A DNA stretch of 64,000 nt, taken from sequence record LC647030.1, one strand, 5' to 3'. Positions 41,601-49,568 of this stretch are shown here, in pieces. The stretch comes from Staphylococcus phage vB_SsapH-Golestan-100. Under the pieces are notes generated by a model. It was not told where the DNA came from and did not search any database. It saw nothing but the letters and a program-made list of their open reading frames with translations. Position 1 is the stretch's first letter. Every line of letters starts with the position of its first letter. The translations under genes and the position numbers were made by a program.

Positions 41601-41858
41601 TTATTCATTGAACGTAATGGTGAGCGTATGAGATTCCCTGTAACAGCAGATGCTGAAATCGGTGCTAGTTATAATGACATGGTTGATTTACATCCTGAAG
41701 ATTATAACACATTTAATTCAGTAAAAGGGTACCTTAAGTTTTATGGAGACTTAGCTAAGCTTAAGTATACTAAAGATTCAAAAGTTATTACTAAAGAGCA
41801 GTACGATACTTTAGTAGAAAAAGTAGAGTCACAAAAAGACCTATATAGAAATATTTAA
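38625..41858 (+). CDS. family A DNA polymerase with 3'-5' exonuclease domain
   Basis: ExoI motif VAWDTETN. Motif A DYSALEMRI. Motif B RTKSKAVNFGLAYG. Motif C TVHDSIVV. TTG start preceded by the RBS gaaggagagg. The ORF is a single uninterrupted 1077 codons. Confidence 0.85.
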   Translation: MTEQANKKVLILGEYPRLDHYKNNVYDYFNTQMGRTLKAVVKEYAGITAKDFTYLNTCKFVPDVLQERRGKVIKYKEPTITEMQKGRAVLDEEGNIQKDENGEEVRKGSSYIQTTKEILELKPDIVMPTGKLGVKLLLDISSITKARGVPVKTTIEYEGDSHTFWVLPTLSIEYVTVRPNLERQVASDFMTLSKYLKQGDKAFEAGDVKYELVTNIERVREIFNNDIKQQYDDYKIVAWDTETNTLQPDKEGSKILVLTMTWKFGQGVTIPIHKADFEWPNGEQDVQEIMQLWKEWLADKSQQKVAHNCNYDENVLRHVAGFTDIESVQDTKVGWYLAVSQESAESLRLSDLAYEVTDMGGYDTPLESFKKWYKGDLLKYLEKEIKEKVKENKKLAKKVHGIKATEYKQWLEDNIDTTKSYTDVSNQFIALDLLPETVTKTSLINSESFKAIVEKSPEYMGLSDDSKAYVLDNALEQINTNKEASKVRNQVDDSTFDYDWIPLELMHPYASGDTDCCRRIYTNVRERLKDKPKLEYLLTTSYPRLERTLTKMQYNGLHLDVDYAVENDKVYEEKLKEVEENITNHWSAQEVISEKSYLYQLGVEEFAKPPAERDKVLANYKTKYKPEKQIFNPGSIDDKAKLLFEVLGMELPYNREFIKKSALDANKPEDKITTKDYKTDKKVIAHLAKSYPEHKDIMDLLLAYSDYSTVRSTFTSGFLERYNKNTSKLHGTYNSAGTETGRLSSRAPNLQNLPRKSTNVKEFGYKHPVKRTFTSSFENGALIQADYSALEMRIIALFTKDEGLTQAFLDGEDVHKATASIVFGKPMDEVTDEERTKSKAVNFGLAYGETPQSFSAKNDMTVEEAESIFEQYYRTKPQVKQAIDDVHQQAIRVGYVETMHGHRRILKGAQSRDNQIKNRALRQSFNAIIQGTGAYLTNMALTFIDDFLTKHNYKSKLILTVHDSIVVDSPEDEVLEVSKAVKYIMENLPYDFLFIERNGERMRFPVTADAEIGASYNDMVDLHPEDYNTFNSVKGYLKFYGDLAKLKYTKDSKVITKEQYDTLVEKVESQKDLYRNI

Positions 41859-41866
41859 AATAGGTC

Positions 41867-41895
41867 TTGACTTCTATTAACTCATATGGTATAGT
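41867..41895 (+). promoter_or_regulatory. promoter TTGACT-17-TGgTATAGT
   Basis: Read directly from the sequence. Confidence 0.5.
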
Positions 41896-41924
41896 TATTA
41901 CAGTAAGAAGAAAGGAGTGTTGTT

Positions 41925-42419
41925 GTGAACAATCTGTTAGAGATTAGAGTAGACGCAATAAACCATGATGTTATTAGGGTAGTAGATAATCAAGGACAGT
42001 ACATAGATTACGATGTCTTACAAGACTTGTCCGTAAATGATTATAATGCTAACTCAGAGTTAAAGGAACAGCACGTAAAGTATAGACGCTATGCAGATGT
42101 TTTTAACCGTATTAGCTTTTACTTAGAGGAAGCTGAAACAAAGCTTTCTATGATAGGAAGTGAGCTTAACTTAGCTATTAGACAGGAGTATAAAGCTAGA
42201 GGAGATAAGCCACCTACTAAAGACGTTATTGAGGCAGAGATTATGACTAGACAAAAGTATACTGACCAACAACGTAATGTTAATACATTAACTTATCAAA
42301 AAGAGCAACTTAAGACAATTCTTAAAGCGTTTGAGCAACGTAAAGACATGTTAGTTCAATACACAGCTCATTTACGTAAAGACATTGAGCACGGAACAAG
42401 AGATTGGAAAATAAATTAA
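41925..42419 (+). CDS. hypothetical protein (164 aa), GTG start
   Basis: RBS aaaggag. Confidence 0.45.
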   Translation: MNNLLEIRVDAINHDVIRVVDNQGQYIDYDVLQDLSVNDYNANSELKEQHVKYRRYADVFNRISFYLEEAETKLSMIGSELNLAIRQEYKARGDKPPTKDVIEAEIMTRQKYTDQQRNVNTLTYQKEQLKTILKAFEQRKDMLVQYTAHLRKDIEHGTRDWKIN

Positions 42420-42427
42420 AATAAGGG

Positions 42428-42456
42428 TTGACATGCTTAAACAGCTATGTTATACT
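42428..42456 (+). promoter_or_regulatory. promoter TTGACA-17-TATACT
   Basis: Read directly from the sequence. Confidence 0.55.
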
Positions 42457-42501
42457 AAATAAGTAATAAATAATAAAACAAATTAGAGGAGGACATTTAA
42501 T

Positions 42502-43680
42502 ATGTCATTTGCAGACTTAGTACAATCAGAAATCAATAAATTCGATAACAACGGTGGTAACAACGGAGAAGGTAATCAGGATAGATACAAACAACCTCAT
42601 CCACACATTCAAATGGGTAAAGGAAAAGCTGACGGGTATGAAATTTATGTACGTGTTGTACCTGTTGTACAACCTGACGGTCATTTTGGAGTTATGACTC
42701 GTAAAGCGTTAGTATCTTTCCCTAAAGAAGGTCAAACAAAGTATCAATCAATTCAAGTACCTCTTGATGACAACTCAACTTATGCAGAAGCTAAATTAAA
42801 TGAATGGTTACAAAAAGGATACCCATTAGGTAGATTCACACCTTCATTAAAACCTACATTTATGTTTAACATAATTAAAGTGTTTGAAACAAACCAAGGA
42901 TTCCAATACAATGTAGATGCACAAGGAAATCCAATTGTTCAACCTATGGAGATTCCAAATGGGGCTTATGTTGATTTGATGAAATTAATTGGTGATGCTA
43001 AACTACGTCCAGCAGGTTGTACATCAGACTACAGCTTTGTATCAGAAGACTTTGGTACATTAGTTAAGTTTGAGAAACCAAAACAGTCAGACCAAGTTAA
43101 GAAATGGACAATTCAACCATACACTAACGTTGTGTTACCTCCATTACCTCAAGGATGGAAAGAGAACTCAGCAGACTTACAAGAGTTATCTAAAACAACA
43201 TCAGATACAGTAATTGATAAGTTTGTAGCACCTTTTGTAGAAGCACAACAACCAATGATGGGTGAAGATAGTGGTCAAGGAGCTACTCCTGATTATAACT
43301 CACCATTTAAATCACAAGCTACACCACAACAATCTAATCAACAAGCACAGGCTAATGTACCACCTCAACAACCAGTACAACAGCCAGTACAGCAACAACC
43401 ACAACAGTCTTACAACCAACAACAGCAAGGTCAGGCTGGACAATATAACCAACCAGGAGTAAATCAATACCAAAGTACTCCAGTAAGTCAACAACCTAGT
43501 AACACAGGAGGAGTTAACTGGGACTCATTAGCACAACAACAAGCGCAACCTGAAGTGGCTCAACCTCAACAGACTCAGCCACAACAACCTAATACAAATG
43601 TAGAACCTCCACAACAACCAACTCAGGATAACATGCCTGATGATGTACAATCACTATTAGATGATGTATTAAAAGGTTAA
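42502..43680 (+). CDS. putative ssDNA-binding protein with a long Q/P-rich disordered tail and an acidic C-terminal tip
   Basis: RBS agaggagg. The C-terminus carries a Q/P/N low-complexity stretch of about 120 aa and ends DDVQSLLDDVLKG, which resembles SSB acidic tips. Confidence 0.35.
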   Translation: MSFADLVQSEINKFDNNGGNNGEGNQDRYKQPHPHIQMGKGKADGYEIYVRVVPVVQPDGHFGVMTRKALVSFPKEGQTKYQSIQVPLDDNSTYAEAKLNEWLQKGYPLGRFTPSLKPTFMFNIIKVFETNQGFQYNVDAQGNPIVQPMEIPNGAYVDLMKLIGDAKLRPAGCTSDYSFVSEDFGTLVKFEKPKQSDQVKKWTIQPYTNVVLPPLPQGWKENSADLQELSKTTSDTVIDKFVAPFVEAQQPMMGEDSGQGATPDYNSPFKSQATPQQSNQQAQANVPPQQPVQQPVQQQPQQSYNQQQQGQAGQYNQPGVNQYQSTPVSQQPSNTGGVNWDSLAQQQAQPEVAQPQQTQPQQPNTNVEPPQQPTQDNMPDDVQSLLDDVLKG

Positions 43681-43692
43681 TAGTAACTTTAT

Positions 43693-43721
43693 AAGCTAGG
43701 TTATCACCTAGCTTTCATTTT
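43693..43721 (+). terminator. hairpin aagctaggt/acctagctt followed by a weak T tract
   Basis: Read directly from the sequence. Confidence 0.4.
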
Positions 43722-43755
43722 GAATAAATTATATAAAAAAAGGAGTTTTATATAC

Positions 43756-45048
43756 ATGTCACGTAAAAAACAAAGTGAAAACACGAACACAACACAGGTG
43801 GCAGGAGAACCACTAGATGCCTTATCAGTATTGAAACTAGGTAAAGATGTAGGTTTGACACTAATGAGAGATAATACTTACGCTAATGTATCTAATTGGC
43901 TACCTACAGGTATCCCTCAATATGATAGGATTTTAGGAGGCGGTATTCCTTTTGGTCGTGTAACTGAGATTTTTGGTAAGAAGGCATCAGGTAAGAGTAC
44001 ATTTGCTTTAGCCTTATCAAAACAAGCTAGTGACCTTGATGTAGTAACTGTATGGATTGACGTAGAAGGAACTAGTGACATAAACCGTTTAACTCAGTTA
44101 GGGATTGACACTGAAAAGGTTTTTGCTATTCAGCCTGAATTTAACCCTAAAACTAACATGGTAGACCCACTTACAGTAGAGATTATTGGTGAGAAGATTG
44201 AGAACCTATTAAAGGTATTTAGAGATAACAGTCCCAATACACCTCTCTTAATCATATGGGACTCAATCGCAGCCACTTCATCTAAGGTAGAGATGGAAAG
44301 TGACTATGACTCAGAAAGACCTGGTTTAAAAGCTAAATCTCTAGCTAAGTTCTTTAACAAAGTAACACCATTAGTAAATGGTTATAACGTAGCTTTAGTT
44401 TGTATTAACCAAGCTCGTGATGTCATGGGTGGTAGCTTTGGTCATGGAGACAACATTGATTCTCCAGGAGGTAAAGCTCTTGAACACGTTGTATCACTTC
44501 AATTACTAGTTAACCAAGTAGATGCTAGTAAGTTTAATCAGAAAAAACCGACTTCTGCTAGTCAATATGGTGACTATGTAGGACATAACATGCAAGTAAC
44601 GACTAAAAAATCTAAAGTATCTAGACCTAACCAAAAAGCTAAAGCTTTCATTGCTAGTGAATATGAGTTAGATGATGGTACAGAGATTAATGGTTTTGAC
44701 CCTATGGTTAACTTTGCTATGTCAGCAGACAACAATAAGATTTTAGATTCTAGAGGTTCTTGGAAAGTGTTTGTAGATAAGCATGGTCAAGAACATAAGA
44801 AATACATGAAAGACTGGACAATGTTCTTTTACTATAATGAAGACCCTGAACTAATTGAAGAGATTGTAGGTAGAACTTACTTCAAGATGTTCCAAAAAGG
44901 ATACCCTGCATTTAATAATCAGATAATTGATGTTTCTAATAAGCTAGGTATGAAAGAACTAAAACGTTTGTTTGAAGAGAAAGAAGCTACAGAGAACTCA
45001 CAAGCAGAAGAAAGTGAGGTAAGTACAGATGGAAGCACAGAAGACTAA
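43756..45048 (+). CDS. RecA/UvsX-like recombinase
   Basis: Walker A GRVTEIFGKKASGKSTFALAL. The RBS aaaaaggag precedes the ATG at 43756. Confidence 0.7.
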   Translation: MSRKKQSENTNTTQVAGEPLDALSVLKLGKDVGLTLMRDNTYANVSNWLPTGIPQYDRILGGGIPFGRVTEIFGKKASGKSTFALALSKQASDLDVVTVWIDVEGTSDINRLTQLGIDTEKVFAIQPEFNPKTNMVDPLTVEIIGEKIENLLKVFRDNSPNTPLLIIWDSIAATSSKVEMESDYDSERPGLKAKSLAKFFNKVTPLVNGYNVALVCINQARDVMGGSFGHGDNIDSPGGKALEHVVSLQLLVNQVDASKFNQKKPTSASQYGDYVGHNMQVTTKKSKVSRPNQKAKAFIASEYELDDGTEINGFDPMVNFAMSADNNKILDSRGSWKVFVDKHGQEHKKYMKDWTMFFYYNEDPELIEEIVGRTYFKMFQKGYPAFNNQIIDVSNKLGMKELKRLFEEKEATENSQAEESEVSTDGSTED

Positions 45049-45376
45049 GTTTGAGCAAGCTGTAGAAGAGTACTTAAAGCAAGAAGGGGTCAACAAGACC
45101 CCTATTCCTTATATAGACATTAAACGTAGAATGCAAGAATGGTTTGAATCAGGAGAACCAATCTTAGTTGAAGATAGTAGTTTCCCTAGTTCTAGCTCCA
45201 CTAAGATTTATATTAATTATGTAGGAGATAGATGGGTTGGAGGATACTCTGAAGTATGGTATTTAGGTGAGGTAGTTAAAGTACCTGAAACTATTCATTA
45301 CTCAGACCTATATATCACGAACCCTACAATTAAAAAACGTATCGTACCTGTAAAGGAAAACCCATATGAAGTCTAA
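45029..45376 (+). CDS. hypothetical protein (115 aa)
   Basis: Overlaps both neighbouring genes. Confidence 0.4.
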   Translation: MEAQKTKFEQAVEEYLKQEGVNKTPIPYIDIKRRMQEWFESGEPILVEDSSFPSSSSTKIYINYVGDRWVGGYSEVWYLGEVVKVPETIHYSDLYITNPTIKKRIVPVKENPYEV

Positions 45377-46019
45377 TGGTAATAGATACATTACTGATAC
45401 AGATGGACTTAATGTTACATTCCAAAGAGACTTAGATAAACTATATCTTCAGTATGCTAACCTAAGACACGCTATCTATCAACAACACGCTTGGAGATTT
45501 GATAACCATGTCAAGAAAGAAGAACTGAGAGAGTATATAGATGAGCAGTTTATCTTGTTGACTAAGGAATACAATGTTGGTTCTTCTGTAGATTTTCCTG
45601 GTTATATAAAAACCAAACTAAGTCTACGTGTAAAAGAAAGCTATGTAAAGAATAGAGTTAAAAAAGAGCACAATGAATTCTTAGGTAGTAATGATGATTC
45701 TATTGAGATGCTAGCAGAAGCTACAGATGACTCATTAGAAGATGCAGAGCTCTTTAGTTATGTTATTGAAGAAGGAGAGTTTACTGACCTTCAAAAGTTA
45801 CTGCTCTCTTATTTAGTTAGTAACAAATACAAATTAGAACACCCTAGAATCATATCTATAATTTCTAAGTCAGAAAACATAAATCGTAAAGAAGTTGTAG
45901 AGGCTTATAATAGTCTTTATACTTACATTAAAGACCGTTGTAAAGAGTTTGAAGCTTTATCTCCAAACCTAGGGATAAATGAAAAGGGTCACGTTAATAC
46001 TAAGGTAGATAACTTGTAA
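45366..46019 (+). CDS. putative sigma-factor-like transcription regulator (217 aa)
   Basis: Its size and position correspond to the late sigma factor of Twort-like phages (from recollection). No sigma region could be confirmed by eye. Confidence 0.3.
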   Translation: MKSNGNRYITDTDGLNVTFQRDLDKLYLQYANLRHAIYQQHAWRFDNHVKKEELREYIDEQFILLTKEYNVGSSVDFPGYIKTKLSLRVKESYVKNRVKKEHNEFLGSNDDSIEMLAEATDDSLEDAELFSYVIEEGEFTDLQKLLLSYLVSNKYKLEHPRIISIISKSENINRKEVVEAYNSLYTYIKDRCKEFEALSPNLGINEKGHVNTKVDNL

Positions 46020-46110
46020 CTACCTTACCCTTTCTGCTATATTGTCTATAAGCCTTACTACAGTAGTGCTATATTAATTTTGAAAACAAATACAGAAAGG
46101 GGAATTTTTC

Positions 46111-46455
46111 GTGGGAACTCCTATTGATAAAGACCAAGCAACAGCAAAATTAGATACAGTTGAGGTTTATGTACCAGGCGCTAAAGAGACTAGAATTAAC
46201 TTTCTACAATTTACACCATTAGTAGTAGCTATTATTACATTACTAAACATGGTTTATACATCTATTACTGGTAATTCACTATTAGGTATTTCAGATGATG
46301 AATTAGCTTCATATGTAAACTTAATTATCTCAACTATTGCAATTGCTGTTACAGCATATAAAAACCTTAACATCACTAAAGGCGGACGTGCTAGAGCAGA
46401 AGTTGCTAAGCAGGCTATACCCGATAAAAAAAAGTACAAACAGCAAAATAAATAA
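46111..46455 (+). CDS. membrane protein (114 aa), GTG start
   Basis: Two hydrophobic helices. RBS gaaagggg. Confidence 0.45.
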   Translation: MGTPIDKDQATAKLDTVEVYVPGAKETRINFLQFTPLVVAIITLLNMVYTSITGNSLLGISDDELASYVNLIISTIAIAVTAYKNLNITKGGRARAEVAKQAIPDKKKYKQQNK

Positions 46456-46485
46456 AATATATACATAAGAGAGGATTGAAAGTCT

Positions 46486-47331
46486 ATGGCAGTTGAATCA
46501 AAAGACATTCTTGAAATCATCAAAGAGAAAGCCCCAGCTATTGATAACACATATTTACAAGTAAAGACAACACCTGATGGTTACACAGGAACTTATGAAG
46601 GGTTCTATTCTTACCTAGTTCAAAAAGATGGAGAAGAGTATGGTGTTTACCCTATTGAAACTACAGGAGCTAATGAGCTTAAAGTGTTTAAGAAATCTCC
46701 AATTATCATGACAGATGGAGAGGAAGTACACTTTGTAGTTAGTACTATGGATGACCCATTCCAACATCCTATCATTAAACAAGAGAGTGTTGGCAAGCAA
46801 ACAAAAGAACATGCTGTACTTCAAGCATTCTTAGCTTTTGCTAGCTCACGTTTCTCTATGACAGTTTACCACATTATGATTGCTGACGGTGAAGGTAGCT
46901 TCTCTTCAGTAGCTAATGCAGATGCTTTTGGTAACTTAGTAGAAACTAACGCTCAAGCTTCAGAAGAAATTGTTAAAGGTAAATTCGATAAGAACGCACA
47001 CGTGCAAGAAGTAGCATTTGATAAAGAGTCTGTTGAATTAAATATTGGTGAGACAGAACAAATCTTAACGCTTATTACACCTACTTATGCTTCTAATAAA
47101 GATGTTGTACTAACATCTTCTAGAGAGACAGTAGCTAAGATTAACAGTACAGGTCTTATTACAGCTGTAGCAGAAGGTGAAGCAACTATCACTGTTACAA
47201 CAGCTGATGGTAAATTACGTGCTAAAGCTACAGTAACAGTAAAGCCTAGCACAGGTAGTCAAGAGCCTGAAGCACCTACAAATGTGAAAGTAGACGCACA
47301 AGAAACAAGCGCTAACGTATCAGCAGAATAG
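46486..47331 (+). CDS. Ig-like (Big_2) domain virion protein
   Basis: C-terminal segment GEATITVTTADGKLRAKATVTVKP is Big_2-like. Confidence 0.55.
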   Translation: MAVESKDILEIIKEKAPAIDNTYLQVKTTPDGYTGTYEGFYSYLVQKDGEEYGVYPIETTGANELKVFKKSPIIMTDGEEVHFVVSTMDDPFQHPIIKQESVGKQTKEHAVLQAFLAFASSRFSMTVYHIMIADGEGSFSSVANADAFGNLVETNAQASEEIVKGKFDKNAHVQEVAFDKESVELNIGETEQILTLITPTYASNKDVVLTSSRETVAKINSTGLITAVAEGEATITVTTADGKLRAKATVTVKPSTGSQEPEAPTNVKVDAQETSANVSAE

Positions 47332-47399
47332 GTAGCATATAACAGCAGGGGCAACTCTGCTGATTATAAATATTTTAAAACAACTGGAGAGATGTACAA

Positions 47400-47921
47400 A
47401 TGGCAAACAAACTAAACTTGTATAAGGGAACCGAACTAGTAAAATCTGTAGATGCAAACCAAGAAGGTGCTACTGAAGTGCTTATCGAAGGGTTAAAGTC
47501 TAATACAAACTTTGCTAAAGGTGACTATAAGGTTTCTTTCAGCAATGATAGTGGTGAGTCTAATAAAGTAGATGTCCCAAGCTTCAAGACTTTAGCTATT
47601 TTAGTATCAGCTATTCAAGTAACTAATGCAACGGAAGCCTTAGAAGTCGGGGGCACAGCAACAATTAGTGCTTCAGTAACTCCTGAGAATGCTTCTGATA
47701 AGACTTTAGTATTTGTCTCAAACAATGAAGAGGTAGCAACAGTTGATGGCAGTGGTAAGATTACTGCTGTAGGTGAAGGTAGTACAAAAATTTCAGTAGC
47801 ATCTAATGATGGTAATGCTTCTTCAGAAGTAACAGTAAATGTAACTGTACCAGCACCATCAGAACCTGCTAATGTAACTGTAACACCAGCAGAAGAGTCA
47901 GCTACAATTTCAGTAGACTAA
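47400..47921 (+). CDS. Ig-like domain protein (173 aa): N-terminal ~65-aa domain plus a Big_2-like domain
   Basis: Segment GSTKISVASNDGNASSEVTVNVTV. Its N-terminal domain is shared with the 74-aa ORF and with the 561-aa beta-helix protein. Confidence 0.5.
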   Translation: MANKLNLYKGTELVKSVDANQEGATEVLIEGLKSNTNFAKGDYKVSFSNDSGESNKVDVPSFKTLAILVSAIQVTNATEALEVGGTATISASVTPENASDKTLVFVSNNEEVATVDGSGKITAVGEGSTKISVASNDGNASSEVTVNVTVPAPSEPANVTVTPAEESATISVD

Positions 47922-47940
47922 TAGGAAGGATGATTAACTA

Positions 47941-48165
47941 ATGGCTAAAACATTAAAAGTATACAAGAAATCAGGAGAGGAAGTTGCTCAACAAGAAGTT
48001 AGTGGCACAGGAGCTACCACAGTAGAGATTACTGGGCTTACAGCAGGCACTGACTATGCAGAAGGTGATTTCCAAGTATCCTTCACAGATGGTTCTAAGG
48101 AATCTAAAAAAGTAGATGTACCTGCATTTACAACAAATGCTTCAGAACCAACAGAAGGAGCTTAG
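47941..48165 (+). CDS. stand-alone copy of the ~65-aa N-terminal domain (74 aa)
   Basis: Aligns with residues 1-64 of the 173-aa protein, for example at VDVPAFTT versus VDVPSFKT. Confidence 0.4.
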   Translation: MAKTLKVYKKSGEEVAQQEVSGTGATTVEITGLTAGTDYAEGDFQVSFTDGSKESKKVDVPAFTTNASEPTEGA

Positions 48166-48170
48166 TAGAT

Positions 48171-48204
48171 AGACTAGGATTAATTTCCTAGTCTTTTTTT
48201 TTTT
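48171..48204. terminator. bidirectional rho-independent terminator
   Basis: 9-bp stem agactagga/tcctagtct, then a T11 run followed immediately by an A8 run. Confidence 0.6.
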
Positions 48205-48227
48205 AAAAAAAATATCCGCTTCTATGC

Positions 48228-48257
48228 TTGACAGCTATGAAGCGGTTATGATATACT
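48228..48257 (+). promoter_or_regulatory. promoter TTGACA-18-TGaTATACT, with the -35 element in the loop of the hairpin ccgcttc/gaagcgg (48216-48245)
   Basis: Read directly from the sequence. Confidence 0.55.
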
Positions 48258-48285
48258 AAGTATATACCAATTAGGAGGAGATATT

Positions 48286-48531
48286 ATGAGTAACGTATTT
48301 GCACAAGAACAATTTATTGACCGTTTAGAACAAGAAGGATTAGAAGTAGTAGAAGAGGATAGCTATTACACAGTAGAAGATGTAGAAGGTCATATTGCTA
48401 TTGTAGACTTTGTAGGTGACATAGTAAACGTTTCTGATAATGAAGGGGTTAGAGTATCACATAACGTTGACCAAATCTACTTAGCGTTCTATGCAGTGAT
48501 GGACGCACTGGATTATGAATTTGATGAATAA
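48286..48531 (+). CDS. small acidic protein (81 aa)
   Basis: RBS aggagg. Confidence 0.5.
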   Translation: MSNVFAQEQFIDRLEQEGLEVVEEDSYYTVEDVEGHIAIVDFVGDIVNVSDNEGVRVSHNVDQIYLAFYAVMDALDYEFDE

Positions 48532-48536
48532 AGTTC

Positions 48537-48565
48537 TTGACACCACTCAAGGACTTTAGTATAAT
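48537..48565 (+). promoter_or_regulatory. consensus promoter TTGACA-17-TATAAT
   Basis: Read directly from the sequence. Confidence 0.6.
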
Positions 48566-48595
48566 AGTATTATAATCAATTAGGAGGAATTAGTT

Positions 48596-49018
48596 ATGAA
48601 ATTACTAAAACAGATTATTAAGGTATTAGATGAGAGAGGTATTCAAGTAAATAACTTAAACATAGACGATGTGGTTAATGGAGAGTACGGAATTGAAATC
48701 AACAAAGAAATCACTATTGTCCATAGAGAAGGTTTGTATTATGCACTATATACGGAAGATGCTAGCTTAGAGGAGACATATTACAGTTCTCTAACAGAAG
48801 CATTAGAAAAGGTAGCTGACTATTTAAGTAGAGTAAAGGAAGGCTCTATCGTAAAATCTTTTCTTGGTGTATTCACATATAAAGTTATCAAACACAACAG
48901 TAAAGATTTGTATAACTTACTAAATGTAGATGACAACACCCTATTATATACAGAGTGTGAAAGTATGGACTCTATTCAAGACAAGATTAACAGAGGTCAG
49001 TTTTATGCAGAACAATAA
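48596..49018 (+). CDS. hypothetical protein (140 aa)
   Basis: RBS aggagg. Confidence 0.5.
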   Translation: MKLLKQIIKVLDERGIQVNNLNIDDVVNGEYGIEINKEITIVHREGLYYALYTEDASLEETYYSSLTEALEKVADYLSRVKEGSIVKSFLGVFTYKVIKHNSKDLYNLLNVDDNTLLYTECESMDSIQDKINRGQFYAEQ

Positions 49019-49337
49019 ATGGTACGCACTATGTGAATATAAAGGTAAAGGGAAGAATAAAAAGCCTTATCAAGTCCAAGCCTCTACAAGTAAAGAAAAG
49101 CTTTTAGATAGAAAGGATAGTTTAGAGTTAGAGTATCCTGATAGAGAATATGCAATAAAGTTAACAACAACCTTTGACAAAGAAAGAAAGTGGAGCGGGC
49201 TTAATCCGCTTCTCTTACTTAGAGTATATAAGCAATTGTATATTGTAAGTAGGAGTGATGACCCTACTAGATTAAATGTTGCATATAGCCTTCTGTTCAC
49301 ACAGAGGGTTTTTTATTTAAATGTTGACAGGATTTAA
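49005..49337 (+). CDS. hypothetical protein (about 110 aa)
   Basis: RBS agagg precedes the ATG at 49005. It overlaps the upstream gene by 14 nt. A terminator overlaps its 3' end. Confidence 0.3.
   Translation: MQNNKWYALCEYKGKGKNKKPYQVQASTSKEKLLDRKDSLELEYPDREYAIKLTTTFDKERKWSGLNPLLLLRVYKQLYIVSRSDDPTRLNVAYSLLFTQRVFYLNVDRI
49289..49318 (+). terminator. rho-independent terminator
   Basis: Stem ccttctg/cagaggg with one G-U pair, followed by TTTTTTATTT. Confidence 0.45.
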
Positions 49338-49352
49338 GTAGTGTGATATAGT
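49324..49352 (+). promoter_or_regulatory. promoter TTGACA-17-TGaTATAGT
   Basis: Read directly from the sequence. Confidence 0.55.
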
Positions 49353-49382
49353 TAGTATATAAATTAATTAGGAGGAAAAGTA

Positions 49383-49568
49383 ATGGAGAATAGAGACATT
49401 ATCAGTAACATATTAACAGAGTTAGAGTACATTGATACTAGTGAACTAAACCATAAACAACAAATGATGGTAGCTAGAGTAGAATCATTGTTAGATGACT
49501 TAGCATGGGAATTACAAGAAGAGGAAGCGGTTGAGTTTATGAAACAAATCAATGAGGAGGAAAAGTAA
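49383..49568 (+). CDS. small acidic protein (61 aa)
   Basis: RBS aggagg. Confidence 0.45.
   Translation: MENRDIISNILTELEYIDTSELNHKQQMMVARVESLLDDLAWELQEEEAVEFMKQINEEEK

Noticed and set aside
38625-41858. Searched for a group I intron or homing endonuclease interrupting the DNA polymerase, nrdE or other core genes. From recollection, some Kayvirus-like phages carry these.
   Set aside because: Polymerase, nrdE, nrdF, primase, recA-like and the structural genes are each single uninterrupted ORFs. Only the helicase is interrupted, by an in-frame intein rather than an intron.
43262-43494. Plus-strand and minus-strand ORFs (66 and 60 aa) overlapping the Q/P-rich repeat of the SSB-like gene.
   Set aside because: These are artefacts of the repetitive CAA/CAG/CCA codon tract. 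Alternative frames of low-complexity DNA stay open by chance.
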